Shown: piece by piece, positions 1-11,700 of the stretch
Position numbering within the stretch: the stretch's first letter is position 1
Layout of the letters: every line of letters begins with the position of its first letter
Assembly: GCA_965112735.1 (NCBI GenBank)
Contig: OZ218959.1
Coordinates: forward strand, 2,914,001-2,978,000
DNA length: 64,000 nucleotides
Source: Phaeosaccion multiseriatum
Lineage: Eukaryota; Protista; Ochrophyta, other classes
Reading direction: 5' to 3'
Program-made: the position numbers and the translations under genes
The notes under the pieces: model-generated
Database searches by the model: none
Seen by the model: only the letters and a program-made list of their open reading frames with translations
What the model was told of the DNA's origin: nothing

Positions 1-7
1 GATTTGT

Positions 8-41
<34 letters not shown>

Positions 42-152
42 GGTGTGCGTGGGAGGTCGGGCGGGGGGTGGGTTGGATGATGCAAACATAGGCAGCGAGC
101 GACGGTGCTTGTTCCCACATCTCTCCCCTCCCTCCTCGCCTCTCCTCCTTAC

Positions 153-616
153 CTTTCCAAGTCTTGAACTGGTTGCGCATGGCCTCGAACTGCGGCACCA
201 TTGGCTGCAGGAGCGGGCAGTGAATGAAGAGCCGCAGCCCAAAGTCTTTCTCCGTGAGGTGTGGCAACCCGTGGAAGTGGTCCGCTAGGAAGTCCTCGTA
301 AAACCAGTGCGCCTGCTCGATCTGCATGGGGAAAGAGCAGCAGCGGCAACCAGTTTGCAAGGTCACAACACGGTGGAGCGGGCCTTCCAGAGGGGCGGAG
401 CGGAAATGGGAAGATGTATCGTGCATGGCGGGACTACAAAGAAAAGAGCGAGAGAGACTGTCCCCGTCACCTCGGCGGAACCAACATCTCTACCTGAAAG
501 AAGAGCCTGTGCGCTGTCTCCCTCTCCTCCGCTGGTAGATTCAGGATGAACCTCGCCTGCACATCGTCAAGGGCGTCTGGCAGCGTCATTGAGCGCCCCA
601 TCTTCGGGGCGGCCAT
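153..616 (-). CDS. DCP2: mRNA-decapping enzyme Dcp2, first two exons (Box A); gene continues off the left edge
   Basis: Manual splice of 616-494 and 321-153 (GT-AG) gives MAAPKMGRSMTLPDALDDVQARFILNLPAEERETAHRLFFQ|IEQAHWFYEDFLADHFHGLPHLTEKDFGLRLFIHCPLL. This matches the Dcp2 Box A signature (LDD..RFI.N.P / FQIE.AHWFY.DF). Not represented in the ORF track. Confidence 0.92.
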
Positions 617-1069
617 GATAAATTGCAGTCAGTATTAGCTAGAGCTTCTTTTGCTATTGGTATTGTACACTTCTTCTCACTCCCTCTCTCGCTTTACAAT
701 GTGTTTGGTGTATTTGGTTGGAAAGCTGAAACGCAAACGGATGGCACCCAAAGGACCGTCTCGTGCAATCTATTGATCTTCATTCCGTCCCACCCCCACT
801 CCCTCAACACACATCCATACCAAACAAACACACACACAACACCCCCTCCCTTCTCACCTACACTGCTGACGCCTATCACGCGGCTGTGGCTGGCTAGATC
901 GGCGTTACCGTATTTTGAAAAGGAGCTTTGGGGGAGAAAGACTGCACTGCACGGCTTTGCAGGAGGAGGAGAGGGAGGGAGGGTGGGAGAGAGGGTGAGG
1001 GGGGGGGGGACGGAGGGAGGGGGGAAAGGAGAGGAATTCGCGCTGCGCCTGGCACTTTCTTTGACTGAG

Positions 1070-4000
1070 ATGACTGAGACAAGCGGCATGAGCGCCGGGG
1101 GGGGGGAAGACAAGTTGGGGAGATGCGCGAGCAGCGATAGCAACAGCAGCACCGGCAGCATCAGCAGAAGCGTACGAAAGAGGAGCGGGGGTGGGGGTAC
1201 CAAAACCTCGACCCCATTTCCAGCAAACACGTTGGGCTCGGTGGATGTGTCGATGAGGAGGGTCAATTCCCCCGAAGAGGACTTGGCGGTAATAGTACCA
1301 GGAGGAGGCGGCGGAGCGGCTGCCAGAACTTCGAAAGAGTCAGCAGAGGAGGGTGGAAGAAGCGGATCGCAGGGTAGCCCAACGACAGACATGTTCCTTC
1401 CTCCTCCAGAGACGCCAGAAGAGGACGATGAGGGCGGCTCGCTGTCGTCCTCGTCCTATGGTTGCTCCTCTTCCTCGGCTTCACCATCCTCGAACTTCTC
1501 CCTTGGGAAGGTCGATCCAGCGCTGCACCCAGCAGCAGCGGCTTCCACTCCAACTAAACCACCCCCAGTTAAAACAAATACCCCCCAATCAGTTGCTGCG
1601 GCGGCCGTACTGAGCCCTCGGAGTAAGGGAATTGCAGCGGCGAAGGCAATCGAAGCAGAGGCGCTCCGAGAGAGGAACGCGAGGGAGGAGAGCATGGCCA
1701 GGGAGGCCAGGGAGGCCAGGGAGGCCCGGCATGCTGCAGGGGAGCGAAGGGCCAAGGGCGCAGGAGGCTCCACGTTGTCGTACCTAACTGGGATGAGCTT
1801 GGGCGAGCCGGAGATACGCAAGAGCTCGACCAAGCCGCCTGCCTGCTGGCCGAGGTGAGTGGGTGGCTGCTGCTGCTGTGTCTATGAGCCGCTTTGCTTG
1901 GGAAATCCTCTCACCCCTGCTGCTGCTGCTGCCGCTGTGTGTGCGTGCTGCGTGCGTACCTGCCTGTCTGCCCTCCTGTCTGCCCACCCTGCCTGTCTAC
2001 CCTCCCTTCCTGCCTGCCTGTCTGTCTGCCGCTTGGGGAATCTTATCAGGTACTACACTAGTGACTTTTTACGGCGGCGCATCTTCACGTGCTTAAGCAT
2101 TGGGGACTTGAGCAGAGCAGCGTCTGTGTCGAAGCGATGGCTCAACGCCGCCGAGGATGGCGATCTCATCCGCTGGTGTCTAGTGGGGGGAGGTGGGCTT
2201 CCTCCCCACCAGAGGGGGCTTGTCTGGCTCAGGCTCATCAACATGACCCACCCGGAGGAGGAGGAGGAGGAGGAGGATGGTTATTGGGGCAGCAGTGTGG
2301 ACAGCACCAGGGACCTATCGTCCGAGGCTAGGAGGAAGCTGAACCAGACGCAATCAAAGGATGGCAGTCTGAACTACGAGGTGTCCATGCGCCTATCTAA
2401 GCAGTCACTGGGCTTGCTCAGTGTCTTGCTTCTGCAGGGCCCTTCCCTCTCCATTCAACAAGAAAAGGACGCCCTCTGGCCTGACCTATGGAGCGGAGAG
2501 GCGCCCCTCACCCCTCTCTCCCCTCCTCGAAATATCAGCGGGCAGGGGCAGGCCGACAAGCCTTGGGATGTAGACCGCACCAACCCTGTGAGCCCCAGGA
2601 GTGTGAGCAGCGGCAGTATGCACAGCATGCACAGCACGGTGGGACAGGGTGGGGCGGGCGCGGGGGCGCAGGCGGGGGGGCGAGGGTTGGGTCAGCGAAT
2701 GGGCAAGCTAGGCAATGGCACGGGAGCAGCCGCACGGAGGTTCTTCGGAATGCTCTCGACCCCACAAACCATTGGCAGCTCTGGCAACTCCGCTGGTGGC
2801 GCACTGAGTCCTCGCTCTCCCGGCTCCCGCTCACCGACGGGTGCGAACTCAAACAGCGGCTTCGGTGGTGGTCTATCGCCGACACATGCGCTGTCAAGAG
2901 CCGGGTGGGCGGAGGGTCAGCAGCAGCAGGAGCAGCAGCAACAGAGAGAGCAGAGAGAGCTGAGAGAGCCCTTTGGTGGGCTGTATCGGCCCCCGAGCTG
3001 TCGGTTTGGGTTCCGGGACGATCATCAGAACCTTCCGCTAGAGATGCTCTATAGCAGAGTATGCAACGGCAACGGAGGAGGAGGTGCAGGAGAGGTGGGA
3101 GAAGAGCAGACTAGAGCCGGCGAGGAGCAGTCGCAGGCCATACACCAGCTGCAAAAGCAGCAGAAAACCAACCGGTGTAGTTGCCGCATCGAGAGGGTGC
3201 CTGGGCTGTACTCGGCCCTCCTGGCGAGCATTGACGTGCAAGACCATGCCGACATGACGGGTGCAAAGAGCTCGCGCCGCACCAGTATGAAGGACATTCA
3301 GAAGGACATTCCCCGCACCATGGGTAGGTAGGGGGAGAGGGAGGGAGGAAGGGATGACCTGCCTACAATGCCCATACGTCGTGCACCTTCACCCGTATGC
3401 CTGCCCTCGTACCCACATACGCCTCTCCCTGCCTCTCAGTGCCCATACTCATGTACCTTTTACCTACCTCATACGTACGTCTTACGTACAGGCATGGTGA
3501 ACACCGGCCCTCTCCGTAACGTGCTGGTGGGGCTCTCCGTGGACATGCCGGAGGTAGGCTATGTGCAGGGCATGAACTTCGTGGTGCGTCTGTTGCTCGT
3601 CACCTTCGGAGAGGAGCGAGAGGAGGTGAGTCGGTAGCTGTTGCCGTTGTTGTAGCACCTACTCTATTGCTGCTGCTGCTGCACGTGCCTCTCACCAAAC
3701 CCTCTTGAGAATGTATTTGACGAGCCCCGTTGTGTCGTGCCCTCGTGATCATGAATTCACCTCGCCCCCCTGCCCCCCTCCCCGCCCCCTCCTCCTCCTT
3801 CTTGCCACTCCTCTCCTCCTCCTCCTCCTCCTCCTCCTCCTCCTCCTCCTCCTCCTCCTCCTCCTCCTCCTCCTCCTCCTCCTCCTCCTCCTTCTCCTCT
3901 CCTCCTCCTCCTCCTCCTTCTTCTTCTTCTTCTTCTTCTTCTTCTTCTTCTTCTTCTTCTTCTTCTTCTTCTTCTTCTTCTTCTTCTTCTTCTTCTTCTT

Positions 4001-4505
4001 CTTCTTCTTCTTCTTCTTCTTCTTCTTCCTTCTCCTCCTCCTCCTCCTCCTCCTCCTCCTCCTCCCCCTCCTCTTCCTCCTCCTCCTCCTCCCCCTCCTC
4101 TTCCTCCTCCTCCTCCTCCTCCTCCTCCTCTTCCTCCTCCTCCTCAACGCCCCCTCCAATGATCCCTTGTCACTCACAAGGACGTCTTCTGGGCGATGAA
4201 GGGCATGATGCACAGCTTTGCGCTGCGCCGCATGTACTGTCCCGGCATGCCCATGCTGCAGCTCCGCTTCTATCAGCTCGACAGGCTGCTGCTGTGGCAC
4301 CTGACTGACTTACATGAGCACCTGGAGGCTAATGATATTCGTCCCACCATCTACGCCACTTCTTGGTGAGGGGTGCCCTTTGGCGGTATACGTTCCGCTT
4401 CTCCTCCTCTTCAACTCTACCCTTCTCTTCCTCTTTGCTTGTTTGGTTCGCTCCTTCATTTCTCTCTCATTAATTCGCCTTACTGCTCAACGTCCCGCCC
4501 GCCCG

Positions 4506-4537
<32 letters not shown>

Positions 4538-4935
4538 CCCATATGACTGACTCCCCGCCCATACGACTTGACTGCCTGCCTGCCCCGCGTGTTTCCAGGT
4601 TCGTGACGCTTCTGTCGGACGGGTCTCTCCTCCCCGAGAGTGAGGTTATTGTGCTGTGGGACTTGCTCTTCCTACACAGCGGGCAGCCCTCCCAACAGTG
4701 GGGCATTCTCTTTTGCATCATTCTAGAGGTGCTACGTCGGGCCCAGCCCCTTCTCCTGCCGCTCAACGGGTTCGATCTCATTGCGAATCAGCTCCACCGG
4801 CTCAAGCAGACGACCATATGCAAGGATGGGGTGTGTGGGCTCCTGCATAGGGGCAAGGATAAGTTTGAGACGAGCACGTCGCTGGTGTTCCAGCTGCATG
4901 TGTTGTATGACGAGTGGTTGTCCGGCAAGAACTAA
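1070..4935 (+). CDS. TBC (Rab-GAP) domain protein with F-box-like motif, multi-exon
   Basis: TBC motifs GLPPHQRGLVW, IQKDIPRT (IxxDxxR) and GYVQGMN (YxQ). F-box-like DFLRRRIFTCLSIGDLSRAASVSKRW. GT-AG introns e.g. 1855-2049. Later exons read LRRMYCPGMPMLQLRFYQLDRLL and LWDLLF. Stop at 4933-4935. Confidence 0.85.
3790..4145. repeat. Compound (CCT)n/(TTC)n polypyrimidine microsatellite in a TBC gene intron
   Basis: About 350 bp of nearly pure C/T triplet repeats, read directly. Confidence 0.95.
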
Positions 4936-6531
4936 CAGATGGTAGCAGACAAATGGCGGCAGATGGAGTGGAGTGAAGTGTGGCTGGTGCGCTCTGACAA
5001 GAGCTTGGAGCAGCAGTGTAAGGAGTGGCCGGCTGGGGATGGACAGGAGAGGAGGCCTCTCTTGTGTGCATGTGGTTGTTTTCACTTGCTGAAAACCCCA
5101 ATACACGCACACACAACCGCTCCACCAGCACTAGCGGCATCAGGGGATGGAAATTTGCGCGATTGGATGTTGTGAGACCAATGCCGCTCGGATTCTCTTG
5201 CCATCGATCCAAAAGATGGAATCGAGTTTCCCTTGCTTGCGAGTGGACTCCGTGGAGGAGTTTCCGAATGGAGTTCGTGTCGCAACAGCAAACTGCGCAA
5301 GTGCCCAGTTCCCTAGTGCCCGCCGCCGGTGCTGCTGTATCGCCAACTGCTGCTGCGCCGCTGGTGCCGCTCTTGCCTCTACGAGAGCTTCATTCTCGAG
5401 AGGAGCAGTGTGAGTTTAAAAAAAAAAAACGTTATTTACACACTTCCCTTCCCACGCTACACCTATCCTACTACAAACCGGTGTCCTACCCGCTCTCATG
5501 CCATGCTTGAGCTTGGGCTCCACGGGCTCTCCCGGGGTAATTCTCTAACCTCCCAAGCTGAAACTGAAATAGCCCATCCCCACGTAAGCCATGCATGTCC
5601 CTCCTTCCATTAGTCCAGCCACACCACGCAAACGGTGCGAGGGAAACATTTCATCTCTTCGCCTCCCCCACCTCCCACAAAGCACTGTCCTTTCTACTCT
5701 CCTCTCCGCCCACAAGGCCAGACAAGCCGCGCTCGTAGCCCCACACGGAGCCTCACTGATATCCTACAGCCCCCACTCACATCTCCACCGCAAAGCAACC
5801 CACCGAGGTCGTATCACCAACTGCTGCTGCTGCTGTTGCTGCTGTTGCCGCTGTTGCCGCTGCCAGGTACTCTGGGTACCGTGCGCAAGATGGCATGCTT
5901 TTCGCCACGGTTGCCACAGGTCCGTCCACTCCCAAGCGCATCCTCCCCAATCCCCGCAAGTTGCGCGAGGTCTGACCAGTCCACTTGCGTCGCGGTGCTA
6001 CTGCATCACCAACTGCTGCTGCTGCTGCTGCTGATGCTGTTGCTGCTCAGTGGATCGCCCCAGGGAATGTGAAAGAGTCGAAGACAGGATTGTAAGAAAT
6101 AGCCCCCAAGAGGTGGAGAACGAGATCGAGATGGAGATGGAGATAGAGAGAAGAGAGAGAGATGGGGGGGGAGGAGGGTGTCAGCCAGGCTCGGCAGAAA
6201 AGGCCCTTCTTGCGATCTGGTCTTCCATCCTCTGCCTTGCTGCCTGAGCGTTCCTCCCATCGGCCGCTGGTAATACCACCGCTTCCCTAATCGCTATCCC
6301 TGCGAGGAGCGAGGGTGGGCGGGGACACATGCACGGGGAGGTCGGGAGGGAGAAGTGGGAGTGCGTGAGGAGGAGAGCAAGGTACGGGGCAAACAAACAG
6401 CGACGTGCAATCAAAACCAGTGCGTGCGTGGACGCAAGAAGGCAAAGACACAGCCCCCGAGGGAGCGAGGGTGGGAGTACGGGTGCCCCCTCGCTGCCTG
6501 CTTGCTGCCTGCTTGCTGCCTGCCACTCCAC

Positions 6532-7915
6532 TTACGAGTCGAGATCGTCCAGGGGGTCCTCGCGTTTCCGCATGACTCGGTAGAACTCCTCCGCTGACAC
6601 GAGTCCGTCCTGATCCCTGTCCGCCTCGTCGATCATCTCCTAGAGTACAGCAGGTTGGGGAGATTAGGGGGTGGGAGAGTGAAGGAGACAGGGGCGGGGT
6701 ACAGCAGGGGCGGGGTACAACAAACAGGGGCGCATTCATTCACTCATTGAGAGAGTGGTCGATGAGGGAACGGAAGGGAGGGTGGAGGGGACGAGGAGTG
6801 AATCACAATGGGGCTGAGGACGGGGCGTGGAGGGGGGATGGTTCAAGCACAAGCGACGCTCAGAGTGTAGAGAGTGTCGAGTCGAAATAGAAGGCCAAAC
6901 AAAGCTGTACCTGCAGCTCCTCGTCAGTGAGGTTCTCTCCAAGCTCCGTGGCCACCCTCTTGAGGTTCCTGAAGGTGATGCCTCCCGTGTTGTCCTCGTC
7001 AAACAGGGCAAAAATCTTCATAATCTCCTCCTACGGGGCGGGAGGGGGGTGGCAGAGAGGAGAGGAGGGTAGAGTCAAAAGAAAGATGAGCAAAGATGCG
7101 AGAACACTTCGTTGATAGTTCCCCTCTACAGCGGCAATGCACCCCGTGACCCCATCCCAGTCCTGAGGCCGGCTTGCAGCAGAGCAACACATATCGCAGC
7201 CGCTTAGCGATGGCATGGCGGTATGTTTGTCTCACCTTGGGATCCCTGGCCAGGATCTTGGGGGTCACCATCTCGACAAAATCATTGAAGGTGACCGTGG
7301 GGGCCGTCTCCTTGTCGATGTCTTGCAGCATCTGCCGGATCTCGGCCTTCTTCACTTGAAAGCCCAGGGCCCTGAAGCCTGCCTTCAGCTCGCGGATGTC
7401 GATGGTGCCCTTGCCTTCCGTGTCGAAGAGGTTAAACGCTTCCTTCACCTGTGAGCAAGGCGAGGAAAGCGAGGGAGGGGCCGGGAGGAGAGATGAGCAT
7501 CCAAGGAGAGGACATTGCAAGGGAGGGAAACAGAAATACAACCAAATCAAGGCACAGGAAGCGAAGATGAAGCCTCAATCCACACGCTCGCAGAGCTTTG
7601 GTTTACTGGAAGGGGGGAGGAATTCAAACCGCTCGAAGTCCATGAGTAGATAAAAGAGCAGCTTAGCAGGGCACACCGCACTGGTTTCCTAACAGCACAG
7701 GAGCTCTCCAGCAGCAGCGGTAGCAGAAGTGTGGGAAGCTGCGCTCCACGGAGCCTGTTCTCTTTCAAATCCGCTCCAGCAACTTGGCTACCGACCTCTT
7801 CCATGGCCTCTTCATCCAGTCCCTTATGCGCCCTTCCTCCTGCCCCGCCTGCACGCCTTTGGCGAGTGGGCGAGAAGCCCCCTGCAGCTGCTCTGTATCT
7901 ACTCATGTTTGACAT
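6532..7915 (-). CDS. CETN: Centrin/caltractin (EF-hand protein), 4 exons
   Basis: Spliced: ...GLDEEAMEE|[41 protein letters not shown]...ILARDPK|[40 protein letters not shown]|[25 protein letters not shown]. These are centrin signature segments. Confidence 0.93.
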
Positions 7916-8035
7916 CGTCGCTCGCTCTCTGTCTCTCTCGACTCCCGCTATTGGATATCGCGACAAGTATTGACGTTAAAGAAGGGGGGGATTTCATAAA
8001 AACGAAAAACGTTTTTTTTGCATTGTTTTCTTTTT

Positions 8036-8420
8036 CTGTGATTTCGCGGTTGAGTGGCACTTTTTACGCCCAATTACGCCCCATTAATTTTTTTTTACGC
8101 CAAATGACGACTTTTTTTACGACGTTTGACGACGTTTGACGACGCTTTAGCCCCATATTTGACGCCCTTTGACGCCCTTTGACGCACTTTGACGCCCTTT
8201 TATTAATTCGCCTTAATTTCGTCTAAAAAAAATCACGGAAAAAAAAATCACGGAAAAGGGCGTAAAAGGGCGGAAAAGGGCGTCAAAAGGCGTCAAAGGG
8301 CGTCAAATAGGGGGCTTAAAGCGTCGTCAAACGTCGTCAAACGTCGTAAAAAAAGTCGTCATTTGGCGTAAAAAAAAATTAATGGGGCGTCAAAAGTGCC
8401 ACTCAACCGCGAAATCACAG
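8036..8420. mobile_element. Foldback/MITE-like long inverted repeat (~165-bp arms) with a degenerate third arm at ~8465-8556
   Basis: Left end CTGTGATTTCGCGGTTGAGTGGCACTTTT is the reverse complement of right end AAAAGTGCCACTCAACCGCGAAATCACAG. Internal 10-bp subrepeats TTTGACGACG and TTTGACGCCC are mirrored. AT-rich island, no coding capacity. The inverted repeat is certain; mobility is inferred. Confidence 0.7.
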
Positions 8421-8795
8421 TAATTAAAATTAATTTTACACAATTTCACAAGTTTCTTTTTTTTTTCGCGGTTGAGTGATTGGCGCTTTTGACGCCCAGC
8501 GTGATTTTTTTTTGGCGCCAAATGACGATTCCTTTGACGACGGTTGACGACGTTTGAACAATTAATGACGATTGTTACGCAAATCGAGTTAAAAACCTAT
8601 AAAAAATAAAAAATAAACATGAAACTGATAAATGATGTACTACTTCCCTTGGTAAAAAGTCAGGAAGTATGCGAAACCGTAACTGTGTGGGTGGGCGGAC
8701 AGCAGTGCTCAACGCTGGGAAAAAAATAAAAGAAAGAATAAAGTAGCGAGTGCGACGAGGCGCCGCGAAAGGCAGGCACGATCGAAAGAGTGCGG

Positions 8796-11700
8796 TTAGT
8801 CCTTCACGCACACACGTTCCTCATCATCTGACCCTGAGCAGGACAAGTCTCGACGACAAGTGCTGTCCATTGGACTTGTGTCCCCTCTGCATGCGTCCCC
8901 CTCGGCTCCCTCCAGCGAGCACGTATAGGGCCCCCGGTCCTCGCCAACCCCTACGCGACAGGGAGTCTCGTTTCCCTCGCAAAAGCATGTCAGACCTTGT
9001 CTGCAAGAAGAAGATATGTATGGGCGGTTACCGCAGCACCCTGATCTGGCGGTTATGTGGCACAAACTCCCTTCGACACCGGGCCTGCTGCAGGTGTTGG
9101 TGTCAGACGAACAAAACAATCCCTCCCGACACGTGTTCGTCACACTTGCTGAGTACCTGGCAGAGCCATAGAGGCGGTCACAGGGCTGGCCGCGAGCGCC
9201 AGGACGGGTGCACGTGCTTGTGTCACTCATGCAAAAGAGCCCCTCCTCGCAGGTATCGACTGTATCCCGGGTGAATCCTCTAAGCCTCGACCCACGTTCG
9301 CAGGCCTGCCCGAGGCTAACCGGAGGCCTGCAAGTGTTGGTGTCAGGCCAGCAAACCAACCCCAACTCCTCGCACGGCCATCCTCCTCTACTGAAGTCAC
9401 ACGCCTCCTCAGGGACATCCGCACTAGGGGACGCAGTGGATGGTGCGAGTGTCGGAGAGGCGGTGGCCGGGACCTGCAGGGACAGACGACGGAGCGAGGA
9501 CAGTGGACGAGCAGGGGAGGATGGAGGCATGGTTAAGTTAAGCACCTGCCTGTCAGCAGAGTTGAGAGACAAAAGTCACGTCACGTACCGGACTGGGCGC
9601 AGCAGTGGGAGCAGCAGTCGTCGGAGCTGAAGTCGGAGCCATGGTGGTCGGCGCCGTCGTGGGGACAGCGGTCGTTGGTGCGAGCGTCGGAGCGGCGGTG
9701 GCCGGGACCTGAGACAGACGATGGAGCAAGCGAGCACAGTGGGAGAGCAGGGGAGAAAGGGGTCATGATGAAGCCCTGATCACCAGAGTCGAGACACACG
9801 CAAGCGAAGCAGAGGAGAGCCCAGAGGATTGCTCCCGACGCAGCCACACCACATACCGGAGTGGGCGCAGCAGTGGGAGCAGCAGTCGTCGGAGTTGAAG
9901 TCGGAGCCATGGTGGTCGGTGCCGTTGTGGGGACAGCGGTCGTTGGTGCGAGGGTCGGAGCGGCGGTGGCCGGGACCTGCAGGGACAGACGACGGAGCGA
10001 GGACAGTGGACGAGCAGGGGAGGATGGAGGCATGGTTAAGTTAAGCACCTGCCTGTCAGCAGAGTTGAGAGACAAAAGTCACGTCACGTACCGGAGTGGG
10101 TGCAGCAGTGGGAGCAGCAGTCGTCGGAGCTGAAGTCGGAGCCATGGTGGTCGGCGCCGTCGTGGGGACAGCGGTCGTTGGTGCGAGCGTCGGAGCGGCG
10201 GTGGCCGGGACCTGAGACAGACGATGGAGCAAGCGAGCACAGTGGGAGAGCAGGGGAGAAAGGGGTCATGATGAAGCCCTGACCACCAGAGTCGAGACAC
10301 ACGCAAGCGAGGCAGAGGAGAGCGCAGAGGATTGCTCCCTACGGACAGCCACAACATACCGGAGTGGGTGCAGCAGTGGGAGCAGCGGTCGTCGGAGCTG
10401 AGGTGGGAGCCATGGTGGTGCTCGGTGCCGTCGTGGGGACAGCGGTCGCTGGTGCGAGCGTCGGAGCGGCGGTGGCCGGGACCTGCAGGGACAGACGACG
10501 GAGCGAGGACAGTGTACGACCAGGGGAGGATGGAGGCATGGTAAAGTTAAGCACCTGTCAGAGTGGAGACACAAGCAAGAGGAGACACGCAAGGGCAAGG
10601 GCAGAGAGAAGAGGAGGGCTCCCGAGGCACACCACATACCGGAGGAGTGGGTGCAGCAGTGGGAGCAGCAGTCGTCGGAGCTGAGGTGGGAGCCGCGGTG
10701 GTCGGTGCCGTCGTGGGGACAGCGGTCGTTGGTGCGAGGCTCGGAGCGGCGGTGGTCGGGGCCTGAGACAGGCGATGGAGCAAGCAAGGACAGCGGGAGA
10801 GCAGGGGGTGATGGGAGCATGCATGGTATAGCACCGGTTAGAGTGGAGACACAAGCAGAGAGGAGAGGCAACGAGGCAGAGGAGAGAGCAGAAGAGGGCT
10901 CCCTGCTCACGTCACATACCGGAGTCGGTGGAGCAGTCGGAGGTGTGGTACTAGGTAGTGAGTCGTCGTCTGGGCACGGACCAAAGTCGCCGAATGAGCA
11001 GTAGCGGCATTCCTGGCTTATGCCAGCAGCATTGCACCCCAGGCCTGCGGCGCGTTTCGATATACGTCCGCAGCGGTAGGAGAGGAGCAAGGGTGGTCAA
11101 GGGCGGGGGGGGAGAAAGGCGGGCGGGCCAGGTGAACATCTACTCTGCCAGAGATGGTCATGAGGAGCGCGACGAGGAGGAAGAGAGAGTGGCGCGACGG
11201 GAGGCCAGGGAGACTCACAGCCAGTAGCGTCATTGGCACAGTCCAGACACGAAGGATCCACGACGCAGGGCGACGGTGCATGTATCTCCAGGCAAAGCAT
11301 GGAGCAGGCATCGTCGCTGGCAATTGGAGCGCTTGTTGTCTGTGGAGCAGTCGGAGGTGTGGTACTAGGTGGTGAGTCGTCATCTGCTGGACACGGATCA
11401 AAGTCGCCGAATGAGCAGTAGCGGCATTCCTGGCTTATGCCAGCAGCATTGCACCCCAGGCCTGTGGCGCGTTTCGAGAAAAGTCCGCAGCGGTAGAAGA
11501 GGAGCAAGGGTGGTCAAAGGCGGGGGGGGAGAAAGGAAGGAGGGTCAAGTGAACATCTACTCAACCAGAGATGGTCATGAGGAGCGCGACGAGGAGGAGG
11601 AGAGAGTGGCGCGACGGGAGGCCAGGGAGACTCACAGCCAGTAGCGTCATTGGCACAGTCCAGACACGAAGGATCCACGACGCAGGGCGACGGTGCATGT

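Noticed and set aside
3705-4308. Poly-L/F/S/K/R ORFs, and similar poly-ER, PPSL and VC ORFs elsewhere
   Set aside because: Translations of intronic or intergenic microsatellites, not genes.
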